Of a stretch of DNA of 64,000 nucleotides, positions 28,001-43,000 are shown piece after piece. Source of the stretch: Stylophora pistillata (taxonomy: Eukaryota); contig NW_019217902.1 in the NCBI RefSeq assembly GCF_002571385.2, forward strand, positions 97,958 through 161,957. Direction: 5' to 3'. Position numbers and translations under genes: made by a program. The notes beneath the pieces were generated by a model that was given only the letters and a program-made list of their open reading frames with translations, was not told the origin of the DNA and made no database searches. Position 1 is the stretch's first letter; each line of letters opens with the position of its first letter.

Positions 28001-31000
28001 TTTATGTTTGATTTAAGGGTGACTCAGCGAGGCGAAATTAGTAGCCAATTAGGTTAATTCGGTATTGACCATTGAACAAGGACGGCATGTTTTTGTCGTA
28101 AGTGCACTGCTTTAACTTAATGAATTGAGTGATGAATGTATTTTTATGTCTCTTTGTTCTAAAGTTTCACCCTCGTTTCCCAAACTGGACCTTGTGTTCG
28201 CTGTAAGAGCAAATTCCGAAGATGCCGATGCTACATTTTCCCTCATGAAGGCCACAATCAGAAAAATCATGAATGACTTTAGGTATGGTGATGGGAACAT
28301 TCAATATGGCATCCTTGTATATGGAGCAACTGCAGGGACTACGCTACAACTTGGAGACTCATCTTTCAAGGACATCCTAGACCTCCGGAAATACATTAAA
28401 AACTTACCAAAACGAGCCAGTGATCCTCAAATTGACAAAGCACTGCAAGAAGCTTTGAAAATTTTTCAAGGACCAAATGCTCGCCGTGATGCCAAACGAG
28501 TGCTTGTTGTTTTGACTGATAAGAAGTCGACTTCCAGTCCAACGTTGATCAAGTCAAGTGCACGACTAATGGAGGAGAACAAAATCCGAGTGATCCCAGT
28601 GGGTATTGGAAATGAAACAGATCGCAGTGAGTTAAAAAGCATCACTTTTAACAAGGGAGATGTTATAGAAGTAGATAAAGAAGAGGAGTCTTGGAGATTG
28701 GCTCGAGTATTGATAATCAAGATTTTAACAGGTATGTGAGGGCTACGATTTGTAATAGAGCGGTTTTCAATAAACGGTCGAAAGTAGCTTGGGATTGCTT
28801 TGGTTTTGCCTTATTTCGTTGTGTGATTGGTCCAGAAATACTTCCGACACTTCCTCAGCAAATCAGATTCAAAACAAAACCAACTGCGTGTTAGTCACAC
28901 GCGTTTTCCCGCGCTTGGGACAGTGTGCCTGCTTCAACTTTGTTATCTCATTGGTGAAATTTTACTTTGTTCTTATTGGCTGTTGTGATGCATGACTATC
29001 GCTTTGGTTTTATGTCACCCAATCGAGGTACACCTTGAAGTAAACAAAGTACATTCGTTTTTCTGTGGGAGTCCTGCATTCAGGAATTTCGTGGTTAAAA
29101 GGAGAAGACTGTTACTGACACATTATTTTCAACCTGTTAAGCGATCTGGGGGTTATTCGGGGGTGGTGTCTATCAAAGGTTCATCATACTTTATGAACAA
29201 GGAAACGTCATTAGCAAATCTGAAACTTACAGTGTCTGGATTTAGTAGAAAGCATAGCTTATAATTAAAAACTGGTTTGCTTTAGGTCGACATCCTAAGA
29301 TTGTTGTTTTCTTGACCAGTGAACCAGTGAAGTCATGTAAAACATAGCCCATGCAATCCGAACTACATTCTTTATAGCTGACATTTTTGTTTTGCGAATT
29401 ACCTGTGAGATTCCATTATCACTTTTGGTGTTAACATTTGGGACTAGTATCAATATCTGAGCCAATGCGCACCCCACCCCTCCCCTAACCCAACAACAGT
29501 CAAATGGGAACACGTTAGGGCTCAAATACTGACTAACATTTCATTTCAGAACCAACAAGAATAGGAAAACTCGACCTTGCATTCGCCATTGGTGCTGCGT
29601 CACGAGACGCCAAAAACGTTTTGCAACACATGAAGGAAATCATCAAAAGCATAGCAGATATGTATGGCACTGACCTCATCCACTATGGGGTCATTACTTA
29701 TGACTCGGAGGCTACTATTGAGCTACGCTTTGGCAACAAAATGGACTCAGCTGATAATCTGAAAGTCTTTATCGATTCATTACGAGCACCAAATGGTGGG
29801 CCTGCCATCGACAAAGCATTAGAAGCGGCTAAAGTTCTCTTTGGAGGCGAAGATGTGCGTTATGACGCACAAAAAGTTCTCGTGGTGATGGTGGATAAGC
29901 GATCCAGTGGCAACGAAGTCACTGCCTCGAAAACAGCGGCGGAGCTCAAAGAGACTGGAGTTAATATTATCACAGTTGCTGTTGGACGCGAAACTGACAA
30001 GGGGAACCTGAAAAATATCTCGACAACTCCCGATAACGTGATCAACACTACTAGCACTGGCAAACCTGATGAAGTTGGCAAGGAAATCGTGGATAAAACA
30101 GGTATAACGATAGTTATCCTTTGTTGAAAGTGTCAAAGAGAGTTACAAACATTTATCTTTGAATAAAGCCTTTTTAATATACCATAAGTAAGGCGAATCA
30201 TACCAACATTTCTTTCTTTGAATAAGATACTTCGTGATTAGAGTTGTTGTTTCTATGAAGAGAAACGTAGTAAAGTGACAGCTGTTTTGAGAAAGGTTGT
30301 CGGAAAAAAGGAGAAGTGCACGCGACAATCTCGAAAGGTAAACGTGGTATCCAATAATCATTGAATTAAATAAGTCAAATAAACAAATAAATACGTTCAT
30401 CAAACCCGCTGTGTCCTGTTCGTGCAGTGACATTTTCTCAGATTTTCCATGAAATCCTGCAGTCATGGAGCTATAATGTGGGTTTCTTGTTCACTTTTAC
30501 GTTTTTTTTTCCGACCACATTTCCCTGAACAGCTATTGACAGAGTTGAAATTTCAGTCACAAAGATCTTAATTAAACTGGCATTGTCAATGGACCGTCTT
30601 CTACAGCTTTCAATATTTTCTCAATAATTTTCACACATCACACTTAATTTAAAACAAGAACCTTTTTTTTGTGATATTACTTATTAACCCAAGTTACAAA
30701 GATTACAGCCGAGTATTTTTGTGAGGTAAGTTGGCGGAAGCTTAGACACTAATACAACTCAGTTAAAGTTGCCTTTGTCTTTGTTTCAGACCCATTAAAG
30801 GTGACAAAGATCGATATAGGCTTTGCTCTGAGCGCCACGTCCCGTGATGCATCAGTGACGATCAAACTTATGCAGGAATCCATCAAGTCCATTATAGACA
30901 CCTATGGAACAACCAACCTGCACTACAGTGTTATGACGTTTGACGAGCGGCCGCAGGTTTTGCTTCGTTTTGCGAACAAACACTCTTCTGAAGAGTTAAA

Positions 31001-34000
31001 GGAGATTATCGAGGAGTCTGTCATACCCAGTTCTGGTTCGCCAGATTTAGAGAAGGCACTGATTGAGGCAAAGAAGCTGTTCGATGAGGCGGGAGCTAGA
31101 CCAGACGCTAAGAAATTCTTGATAGTGTTCATGGATAACAAGTCAAAGAATAACAGGATTGTTATCGTTGACGCAGTTAAACCGATCATTCCAGAATGTT
31201 GGGTTATACCTGCTGGTGTGGGTGAAGAAGTAGATAAGGAGGAGTTAGAGGTCCTTACTCCTCTGAAGAACACAACAGTAACGGCACCAAAGACAGGAAA
31301 TCCCGATGAAGTGGCAAAGGAAATTATTGATAGAATAAAGCAAAGTAAGTTGCCAGCCGATCAGGATTTTGTACAAGTTTTAATTTTTTTCGAAATTTTT
31401 CTTCATTTTCATCACTTTTTTTCTGAATATACATATCTTATTAACCAAGCGCGAGGGCCGTACTGGGAGAATATCGGTCCGAGGTCTTGATAGNNNNNNN
31501 NNNNNNNNNNNNNNNNNNNNNNNNNNNNNNNNNNNNNNNNNNNNNNNNNNNNNNNNNNNNNNNNNNNNNNNNNNNNNNNNNNNNNNNNNNNNNNNNNNNN
31601 NNNNNNNNNNNNNNNNNNNNNNNNNNNNNNNNNNNNNNNNNNNNNNNNNNNNNNNNNNNNNNNNNNNNNNNNNNNNNNNNNNNNNNNNNNNNNNNNNNNN
31701 NNNNNNNNNNNNNNNNNNNNNNNNNNNNNNNNNNNNNNNNNNNNNNNNNNNNNNNNNNNNNNNNNNNNNNNNNNNNNNNNNNNNNNNNNNNNNNNNNNNN
31801 NNNNNNNNNNNNNNNNNNNNNNNNNNNNNNNNNNNNNNNNNNNNNNNNNNNNNNNNNNNNNNNNNNNNNNNNNNNNNNNNNNNNNNNNNNNNNNNNNNNN
31901 NNNNNNNNNNNNNNNNNNNNNNNNNNNNNNNNNNNNNNNNNNNNNNNNNNNNNNNNNNNNNNNNNNNNNNNNNNNNNNNNNNNNNNNNNNNNNNNNNNNN
32001 NNNNNNNNNNNNNNNNNNNNNNNNNNNNNNNNNNNNNNNNNNNNNNNNNNNNNNNNNNNNNNNNNNNNNNNNNNNNNNNNNNNNNNNNNNNNNNNNNNNN
32101 NNNNNNNNNNNNNNNNNNNNNNNNNNNNNNNNNNNNNNNNNNNNNTTGAACACTTTGGTTTTTCTTGGGAAATGCAGTAGCGTAATGTTAAGTGTGTTGG
32201 ACCCTGGGTCGTGACTTAGACGGGTCATTGTGTTGTGTTCTTGGGCAAAACATTTTACTCTTATAGTGTCTCTCTCCGCCTAAGAGTGTAAATGGCGAAT
32301 TGTCAGGGAAGCCTGATGAAAATGCTGGGGGTAACATTGTGATGGACTGTCATCCCATCCAGAGGGAAGTATTGATACCCCTTGCCGCTTCATGATAAGG
32401 AAACTGGGATAGGCTCCTGCTGAATGGACCATTTGCCGAGTACAGACTTTCTCATTTGCCGACGAATTGCTTAATTTGACGTAAACCGAATAGATGATTT
32501 TACTTTGGTTTTGTTTTTAGTTATCCTCGAACCAACGGTTCCTGAAGTCGACTTGGGTTTTATCATATCTGCTGGTTCGACTGACGCCTCATCGACGTTG
32601 CAACAAATTAAGGAAATCATCAAATCTTTTATCAACAAGTATTCCATATACAGACTTCGTTATGGCATCATCTCAGGTGGAAGCTTGCCAGGCATAGAGC
32701 TCGCCTTACCTGACAGCGTAAAGTCAGGCGTATTACAAAAGGTTGAGGGTCTTCCCAGACCCAAAGGTGCCCCAGACCTGGCCAAGGCGCTGCTTCTTGG
32801 CGTAGAGCTTCTTTCTCCCGCTCGTCCAAGCGCTCAAAAAGTCCTGGTAATAATCACAGACGTCAAGTCGGGAAGCTCTCCACGGGAGTTAAGGCTTGCA
32901 GCACAAGCTGTTGATAATGAAGGAATTCGCGTCTTTGCAGTCACCGTCGGCAAGAAAGTGGATCGTTCCGAGCTAATTACCGGAACAGGATCCGGTAAGA
33001 ACATTATTAATAGCTCCAAAACTGACGAAGGCGGGGAAGTCAGGGAAAAAATCATGAAAAAAATAAGAGAGGGTAAGTGTGGCAGTCTTTTCAATACTTC
33101 GGTAGTAGGAGCTACTCTTGACTTAGAAGATGCACCTTCACGGCTGCGAAGCCTTATAAAGTAACATCTCAGGCCACCTTGTAGTTGAGAATATTGAGCA
33201 TTCTGGTTGATTGCCTCATTTGACAGGAGTGAAACAGATCACTAAAAAATTTTAACATTCTTGTTTAAAAAAAAGAAAATACAAAAAAAATAGGAAATGT
33301 TTGCTGTAATCAAGTTACCTTACATGGATGACACAAATTTAAATTTGGCGACAAGTAATGACCTGTCTGTGTTTTTAATTTGTTTTGGATGTTCACCAGA
33401 AAAACCAATTCAAGATGTTGACGTAGTGTTTGCCATCAGTGCGACGGCAAGCGACTCTCGGCGAACTTTCAGTGCAATGAAAGGAGTGATGAAGTCCATC
33501 TTTAATCAGCTTGGTGTTGAAAGCATCCGGTCAGCGATAATTGTGTACGGAGACCGTGCGTCCTTGCGGCTACGCTTTGACGAAGAAATCACCGACATAG
33601 ACGAATTGAAGCGACGCATTGACAACTTACCGCGGAACAGAGGAACCCCAGACTTGGATAAAGCATTGAAAATGGCACAGGTTGTATTTGCAGGAGCTCG
33701 GCCAAATGCCAAGAAAGTGCTTGTGATCATTACCGATGACAAGTCGGATAGTAAGCCTTGGGTGATTATGGCTGGAGGGAGAGCGCTTGAAGAAGAAGGA
33801 ATCGAAGTTGTAGCGGTTGGAATTGGAAATGAAGTTGATCGCAAACAACTTAAAACCACTACACCACACAAAGACAACATCATCACAGCGGATATAGATG
33901 ATAACTCTGAGGACATTGCAAATAAGATTGTAGCGATTATGATAAGAAGTAAGTGATTTTTATATAAAATATGAGCGAAATGGCGAGGACAAATGAGAAA

Positions 34001-37000
34001 CGTGTTGAATTTTCTGGAAGAGTTTGTTAATTCCTTCATGTTCGGCATGCAGGTAAGTAATTTTACGTGGCTCATGGGTATCGGGTTCTCCATGGCAGGT
34101 TTGTTTATCGTTCAAATAAGTTGTTTCCAAAGAAAGCGGAAGTTTTGTCACTAAACAGGCGTACCAATCTGCGCGCATAAACAATTGAGTTTGGAAAACT
34201 AAAACCACAAAATAACATCGGCAAATCAGAAGACAAAAAAATGTGTCAGTAGTAATTTTAAACAAACGAGCAAATCGCCTGTAAGTAGAAAAGTAAAAAA
34301 GTAAGAGATAAAGTCGCAGTTAATTTCAATTTTGAATTGATTGGTTGAGAGACTGCAGCGGATTTTCGGACCAGTCGCGGAGTAAAGGGAAAGAAACCCA
34401 ATGCAATTCTGGATCAGAGAAATATTTCAGTTTTTTCATCCTGTCATGAGCGTGGTATAAAGAATAAGTTCTGAGTCGTCATGAGGAATCGAACCTCATC
34501 GATCAGATTGCGCGTCTGATTCTCTACCATTGAACTTCAGAGTCTCTGGTTTGCTCACTAGCTAAGCCATTACAAAGCACCAGCTAAGCCACTACGAAGT
34601 TTCTCATGTGACACCCATCCTGTTTACTGCTAGGATCCTGGATCACTTTGGTAATTCATTTAACAAATTTCTCTACGAGAGGAGCAGCTATGGAACAAAA
34701 ACAAAGCAGCTGAAATCTGTTCCTGCAAATTTACGATCGAAGCACTTTCCAATGCTTAAGCACCAAGTTATTGTCACGTAATTAATTTTGTTTATTTGTA
34801 TTCTATAATCCATCATTGTACTTTCCTTAACTAACTTTGCTGTTTTCTTTCCTTATTAGAGAGAATACGTCTTCCAAAGATCGACTTGATGTTTGTGATA
34901 AGTTCGCAATCTACCAAATCGTCTCAAACATTCCCTTACATGAAGGCCATTTTGACTGACGTTATGCAGAATTACAGCACAAATCTAATCCACTTTGCAG
35001 TTGTGTTGTACGGCAATGAACCTTCTGTTGTCCTTCGATTCTCTGACGGATACACGGACCCTGACAAACTCGTAGAAGAGATACGCTCGGCTAGGAACGT
35101 CCCTGGAGGCTCAGCATTAGACAATGCGTTGCAGACAGCTAAAACTATTTTCGCCGAAGACGAGGCTGTTAGGCCGGAAGCGCGGAAAATCTTGGTAATC
35201 ATAACAGACGAGAAGTCATCTGGAAACACGGTGGTTGCTAAGGGTGTCGCTAAGGACTTAATCGACAATCAAGCGTCTATTATAACTGTTGCACTTGGAA
35301 GCGAAGCTGATCGTAAAGAGTTGGAAGAGCTCACTCCTACTGATGGCAACTCCCTGAACACAACAACTGACAAGGATCCTGGAGAGACTGGTGAAGAGAT
35401 CATACGGAAAATAGCTCAACGTACGTGGTTTTTTAAATAATTATTTGAAGGTCCTATTAATTGCCTTAGTTACTCGATGAATTAAGTGGACAGAGGTTGT
35501 TGCGAATTTTTCGAACTGCGTCCCTTTGTTGGGATAAATATACGAGGGGCTAACGTTTCAAAGAAGCCCAGTGGTTAAAATATCAGCTGTCCCAGATTCA
35601 CCTCAGTAATTTATTTACCGTCATCAACTTCTTTTCAATAAATAATCGAAGTTTTCCCTCTCCCCTCATTCCGATGCCGTTTTTCAGCAACTAATAACCT
35701 CAGGCATTGCCTGTTTATTCCCCTCTCTCCAGTTATTCTGCTCCTTAATGCAATGTGATCCTGTGTACGTGGTGTTATTATTTCTCGTGGATACGTGAAA
35801 ATGTAATAGTACGAGCACATCAATCTTTGATAAGATCTAGTTCACCGGAGTTATGGAAGGTACCTTAGTGGGGATGTACTCTTTCTTCTAGGACTATTCT
35901 TGCAATTTTTTAGTTATTTTATATTTTTAGTCACATCGCTGAGTAAGAGAATAGTAATCGTTTATCCCACGATGTGGTCATATGGGATATAGATCGCGAC
36001 GTTTCGACTGCATACGCGTCACCCTTCGTGAGACGAACGATTACATTTCTATTTTAAAGTGTCATTTACCCCGATGATTAACCACAAACTATTTTACGAT
36101 ATCTCAGAGTATTTTTTTTTCTGACAGTTCCAGACCCAATTAACAAAGAGAAGATCGACGTAGTCTTTGCCGTTAGCGCCTCTTCGACGCGGGCAAAGGA
36201 AATATTCCAGTTAATTAAAGACACTTTGTCGTCCATTATTGTTACACATGGCGCTGAGAATATTCACTATACCATTGTGACATACGGATCTCAAATAAGA
36301 CCTTTCGTGAACTTTCAATACGATTTTCGAGACGTGAAGGGCTTGTTGAGGGTACTAAAAAACCTCTCTCCCGAGGGTGGCACACCCGATTTGGACTAGA
36401 CCCTCGAATATGCAAAAAATGCATTGGAGGGGCCAGGCTCTCGCGCAGACGCGAAAAAATTCCTTGTGCTCCTGGTGGACAACAAGTCAGGTAGCACCAA
36501 GGAAGATGTATTGCGATTTGCGGTCTTACTGGAAGGTGGGGGGATAAAGGTGATACCAGTTGGAATAGGAGGTGAAGAAAACCGCGAGGAACTGGAGAAA
36601 ACTACCCCACTGAAGGGAAATGTCATTGAAGTTCCAAAGGAATCCAGACCAGAGAATCTTGGGAGGAAAATTATCGACAAGATCCGAGAAAGTAAGTGTA
36701 CGGATTTTTCTTTCATCGGAAGAAACGTCGGCCTCCTTGAATTGCGCGGCATTTGGCGCTCGGTCATTTCGAAATAAGCCCAGTTATTAAAGGGGGCTAT
36801 TTTGTACGACGAGTATGCTTTTCAATTAAATAAATAAATTGGACTTTATCAGAGGCATCATCACTAAAGGGTCTTCGTCGTCATTGCTTAGAATTAGGGG
36901 TGTGGCCAGTTAAAGAGAGAGGAAAGCTCGGATCCTCCCTCCACACCCAGGGAAGGACAAGAGTTAACAACAAACTCTAGATGTGACGTCATATTAGGGA

Positions 37001-40000
37001 ATTGAACCACAGAAGTCAGGTACAATTTTTAGGCAAGTTATGTTGTCTAAATCGGAGCTTTTTTTCCAACAGATCTGTACCTTCCATTAATCCCAGAGGT
37101 CGATCTGGTGTTTGCAGTCAGCACTGCGTCAGTAAATGCAGAAGAAAACTTCGAGAAAGTAAGAGAAGTTATAAAGGCCATCATTGACACGTACTCCATG
37201 AACAAGCTCCGCTATGGTGTCATTGTATTTGGATCGAGTGCAAGTACAAAGATCAGCTTAATGGATGACTTTTCCAGTGATGAGGGGCTCAAGAGTTTGG
37301 TAAATCTCATTTCTAGAAAGAAAGAACTTCCTGATTTAGATAAGGCTCTAAAGATGGGAAAAGAACTGTTTGATAAAGCACCCGAGCGTCCAAATGCAAG
37401 AAAAGTTCTTGTGGTAATCCTGGATAAAAAATCAACAAGCAAGCTTACCCAGTTAAGGGAAAGTGCGAAAGTGCTGGAGGAAGACAGTATTAGGGTGATA
37501 CCAGTTGCCATTGGAAACGAAGTGGATCGTAATGAACTTGGAGTGATCACACCTGACGAAACCTACATTATCAACGTCATCATTGACGTCGCTGTCATTG
37601 ATTTAAAAGAGAAAATAATCCGCAAAGTGTTTAAAGGTAAGTGCGCTTACTGCGGTTGTATAAAAGTTAGTTAGTTTTACATTGTCTCCCATTTTTGTTT
37701 CATTCGCTGGGGACTTACAGGTAAATTGGACGGGATCAATTTCTGTAGGCTGGAATGCAAGTTTTAAAACGTGTATTTTAGCATTGTAAATTTTTTTTCG
37801 ACACTTAATTGATGTTCAAGTGGATCGTTCTTGAGTGCAAGAGAGTTGTATCACTTGTGTAACGGTCGGTCTGCAAAATACGATTAAACTGAAGCTGAGA
37901 ATGTAAGTTTTGTTTCTCTGTTCGATTATAAAAAAGTTGTTTAAAATCGTGTGAGCATCTAGACTTGCCTTGATTGCCGAATATTCAGTTTCCAGTTCCA
38001 TAGTTCATTTGATGAAGTTTTATTACACTGAACGACTTGAACTCCGATTGCAGTACAACCATCTTTATTTATCCATCCATTTGACCAGCAATATACTCGT
38101 GAAGTGATTTTCTCGATCTTTTTTAATACAATAATTTTTGAATCTTATATCAATCTCAACTGTGCAGTCGAGATGTAGAACGCCAAGTATACTATATCGC
38201 AGCGAAATTAAAAAATTAAGCAGAAGTCACCTTCTGTCATATGATGTTTCTCCAAACGACACGTCATTGGATTGTCCTTTTAACGAATGAATGCATTGGC
38301 CTAGAATTCTACTGAAAGTGTTCTCTTGTCCACTGAAGTCTGTAATTTATTTTTTCAGAGGAGAAAGGTGAGGAACACGACTTTGTCATTGTGGTGTCTG
38401 TTGGTCTTAGAAACATCCCATTCTTCAAGAAAATAGGCATAGAACTTTTGGACAAATATCCAATCAGCAAAACCGCCTACAGCTTCCTAACCTACAACTC
38501 GGTCATAAGAAGAGTCCATACTTTCCAGACGAAGTTTTCTTCCGATAGCCAGGTTAAAGCCGTCATGAAGAACCTACCTGCCAGATTGGGTTCCCGTGCC
38601 AGACTTGATGTGGCCCTTTTGGAAGCACAGAAATTGTTCGCAGAAGGATCTGGAAGCCGGCCCCACGCAAGGAAGGTTGTTGTTGTATACACTGACAGAG
38701 AACAAACCGGAAGTGACTTGGCAGCAGCAGCCAAAATCTCCAAGGAAATGGAACAAGAAGGAGTTCAGATTATTGTTGTTCTTTTGAGCATGAGCAATAT
38801 TCCTCCAATTTGCGAAGTAGTCACTCCAAATAAGATTAGTGTCATTCCGACAAAACCAGAGGAAGGTCCTAAAGAGGGTGTGGACAAGATCGATGAAGTT
38901 CTAAAAGAAGGTATCTTAATTTTATTGATGCGGATCGGAGATTTGTGCTCTGGTAGTGTGAAAAATGTCTGTGTCAAAGGGAGAAATAGGGAGTCACATT
39001 TTTTATCAGTAGATTTTGTCTTGTTCTTAGGCAAGTGATCAACACTTTGTTATGGGAGAGTAGTTATCAGATTTATGATTTAACCAGAAAATGACAGAAT
39101 CCACTTCTCATCGCCATTGTGTGGTGATGCAGAATGAATGAATAAATGAATGAATATTCATTTTACTTCCAAATTAAGACGCCGTCATTGGTACATTTTT
39201 TACATTTTAGGTCTGAAACCGACCCCAGAGATCGAACTATGCTTTGCCTTCAGTGCGACACGCACAAAATCAGGCAGGACATCGCTGTTGATGAAAAATA
39301 CAATTAACAAGATCATCGAAAAGTATGGTGCTGTCAAACTTCACTATTTGGCCGTCGTGTTTGGAACCCAGGCTCAACCTGTAATTAGTTTCCGAGATCA
39401 AAATCTAAGCGACAAAGAACTCATATCTCGCATCAGCCGTATTCGACTTCCTCCTGGAAGCCCTAGACTAGATGTTGCTTTGCGGGAAGCTAAGGAAGCC
39501 TTTGATCGGAGTCCTACGCGGCCCGGGGTAAAGCGAGTGCTAGTTGTGTTGATCGACAACAAGTCAGTTGGTGATGCAGACAACATGAAGAAGCTGCAAG
39601 CTGCAAGAGAGCTGTACGGAGGAGATGTGAGTACAATCATGGTTGCGATTGGCGAAGAAACAGATCTGAATGAGCTGGGAACAGTTATTCCTCGCAAAGA
39701 GGATCTCATTAAAGAGTCCATAGACGTTGATCCAGAAGAACTCGCAAAACAAATAATCGAGAAGACCTTTGGCGGTAAGTAGCTCCACCATTCTAATTTC
39801 TTTACTTAAGAATGGTAAAAAGTAATGACGAGACAGTGAAAGCGCTCTCTTCCCACCGCTGTGGCCAGCTTTCGACTCTTGAACCTGTAGCATCACATGG
39901 GTAGATGTTGAAAATACAGCGATCGAAAGGGAATGAATAAGACATGCTATAATATTGCACTAAATTGAATCAAACATTTTCAATTTTTTTGTCATGATTG

Positions 40001-43000
40001 AAGCACATAAGCTTTCTAAGTTTTTAGGCTGTCCCACGAGATATTCTCGTGTTAATTACCTCAGTTATAATTGATTTCCTTTATATCTGGGAGGATTTTA
40101 TGCTTTTAACTAGAAACTTAACTAGGGCCCAGTTGTTCGAATGTCTTTTAGCGCTAAACTAGGGTTAAATTTCTTAATTTCTCTGTTCAAAGATCTTTTT
40201 GTGAAACGTATTTATTCTTTCTAGAACATTCAATAATCAAATTGCAGGCAAAAAGATTTAAACTGAATTTTCTTTTAAACCTTTTAAATTTCCCACTAAC
40301 CTTGGGTTACCTTAACCAAGGCTTGAACAACCCGACCTTGGGGTTCGCTCTGAACTTCGATCGAATATGATTTATTTTCGGAGAGGGAACTGCACGTGCT
40401 TCATGACGTGCTCCATTGCTTGATTGAAAGTTTCTCCTCAAAATGGTTCAATTAGCTTGCATAGTTGACGATATCCGTCTTTTCGATGTAACGCTATCGT
40501 TTACTTCAACAGTTGCGAAAGAAGAGCGTATTCCTGAAACGGATATTGTTTTTGCAATCACTGCAACCTCTTCAAGGTGGAACAACAACCTTCGACATAC
40601 GAAGGACACAATCACTTCTATTCTGGACACTTTCTCAATGGATCTGATACGGGTCGGTGTCATTATGTTCGGAGAGGAAGGTGAAACTTCCATTTCCATA
40701 CAAAGTAACTTAAATAACTCGCTACAAACTGATGTTGACAGGCTGTTACCTGAGTTTGGAGTGCCAGACCTGAAAAGTGCACTCAGTGTGGCAAGGAATG
40801 TTTTTCAGACAAGCGGGAGAACAAACGCTCGCAAAGTTATAGTGGTGATATCTGACAGACGGTCTAGCAGCAGCCAAGAAGACATCGAAGCCGAGGTAGA
40901 TCGTCTGACTGAAGAAAATATCGTGCTTATCAGTGTTGTAATAGGTAACGAAGCTGACCCTAAAGAACTGAAGAAGTTTACTCCTCACAAAGTGACGAAA
41001 ACCACTCCAGATGAAAATCCGAAAGAACTGGGCAAGAAAATCATCATCTTAATACTGAAAGGTAAAAAGTACCGATTGAATATGTGGACTGAATCGTACA
41101 ATATTGCCACTAAAATGAAAATTGTTGCTACAAATTTTGAAGTTTAGATTTTGTTTGTAGAAGTTAACTTTTACCGTTGTTAGGTGTGGTTGGAATTTAG
41201 TTGCAAGAAGAAACTGAAAAAGAATATTGCGGTATTGACCTGTACCCTCTACCATAACATGCTAATTATCTCCCAATAGAACCAGGTGTAGACCTAGCTT
41301 TTGCCGTCAGCGTTGACCGAGAGAACCTCAAACTTCTCAAGGACACGGTGCAGAAAGTGATCGACAACTACGACGTCGACAGAGTGCATTACGGTCTCAT
41401 CACATTTGGTTCGTCCGCCACGATTAGGATCCGATTCACAGATCAGGTCAAGGACCCGGACGAGATAAAGAAGTCTTTCAGTGAAAATATGTTATCGACA
41501 CGTAGTTCTCCGAATTTAGACGAGGCCCTAGCTAAGGCGGAAATACTGTTCCAAGATTCAAAGCGAGATCAGACGCAAAAGATACTAGTTCTTATAATGG
41601 ATCGGTTATCACCGAGCGATCCTGTCATCGTACAGGTACATGGTACTTGGTTGTACTTGTTTGCTGTAGAGGTGCTCTTTGCTTTGGTTCTGAAGACTGA
41701 TATTTGTTCTAAACTAGCGGTGCACAAATGTTTCCAATTTAACTGTGCTGAAATCGTGATTTATTCTTAAATCTGTTGAATGGAACATATTACAATTGAG
41801 GCTCAGTGATTCTAACTATGACCTGCCACTTTCGATTTCGTGATTAGATGCTTGTGACCGTATGAGCACACGTTTCTCGACTGTGACAACTACTTCTTAT
41901 GGACTGTTTGTTTTGAGAAGCAATTTTACACCTAGCTTGACCGCAAACATTCCTTAGTTTCGTGTCGAAAGGTAAAGAAAAGGACGTGAGAGACGTCTTC
42001 GTTATCGACTGCTATTTCATGCGCGGGGTAGAGCACTCAAACATTTTATTTTATTTTAACCACCTTAGGCTAGAGCTAGAAGACTGGTGGACCAAGGGGT
42101 GACAGTAATCCCTGTTACTATTGGCGATGAAGTGAAGAAAGAACATGTCAAGCCCGTTACAGATGACGAAGATCGTACTGTGCCAGTCCAACCAACTGAC
42201 AAACCAGAGGAAGTGACAGTGGTAATTGTCGTTCAAATAGATGAGGCTATAAAAAGTACGTATTGTGATGCATTTGAGTAATTTTATCGCTTGGCTTGTT
42301 CAGCAGTTGCTTCGTGTTATTCAAGTGCCTATGTGTGTTCCTGGAACAAGGAATCCATAGTGAATGCTACGTTTTAGCATTACGTAAAGAGCGAAGACGG
42401 TTGTCAAATACATACCTCTTCGGGGAAATATCTTCAAAAATTTTCAACTTGAGAGAAGGAAACTCGTACACTTCTCAATTTCGTTTGCTTTATTTAGTCG
42501 ATAATGGAAACTCGTCAGGAAATGTAATTTATCTTTTACGTTTTACACAGGACCTGCACGATTAGTAGACGTCAACCTTGTGTTTGCCATCAGCGCCAGC
42601 TCCATGGATTCGGATAGAACCTTCCTACAGATGCAGGAGATCATGAAATCCGTTGTGGACAATTATCCCACCTCGAATATATTTTACAGTGTTTTGTCTT
42701 TCGGAGATCCTCCTCTCGTTCATTTGGACTTCACCGAACAACTTTCCATCGAGAATATCAAACGAACCATCGACTCCATTGGTCAGACAACAGGTTCAAA
42801 CTCTCTCGATAAAGCTTTGGACAAAACAAGAGATCTTTTTAACGCTGCAGCCACCGAGAGGCCCGGTGCGAAAAATATTCTTGTTGTGATGGTAGACGGT
42901 AAATCTGACAGTGACTTGATCGATGTGAAGGTCTCTTCAAGACTCTTACGGGGCGATGGAGTGAAGGTGATGGTTGTTGGTGTCGGTAATGAGGTGGATC

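Noticed and set aside
31380-32228. Long ORFs of X residues
   Set aside because: Artefact of the N gap.
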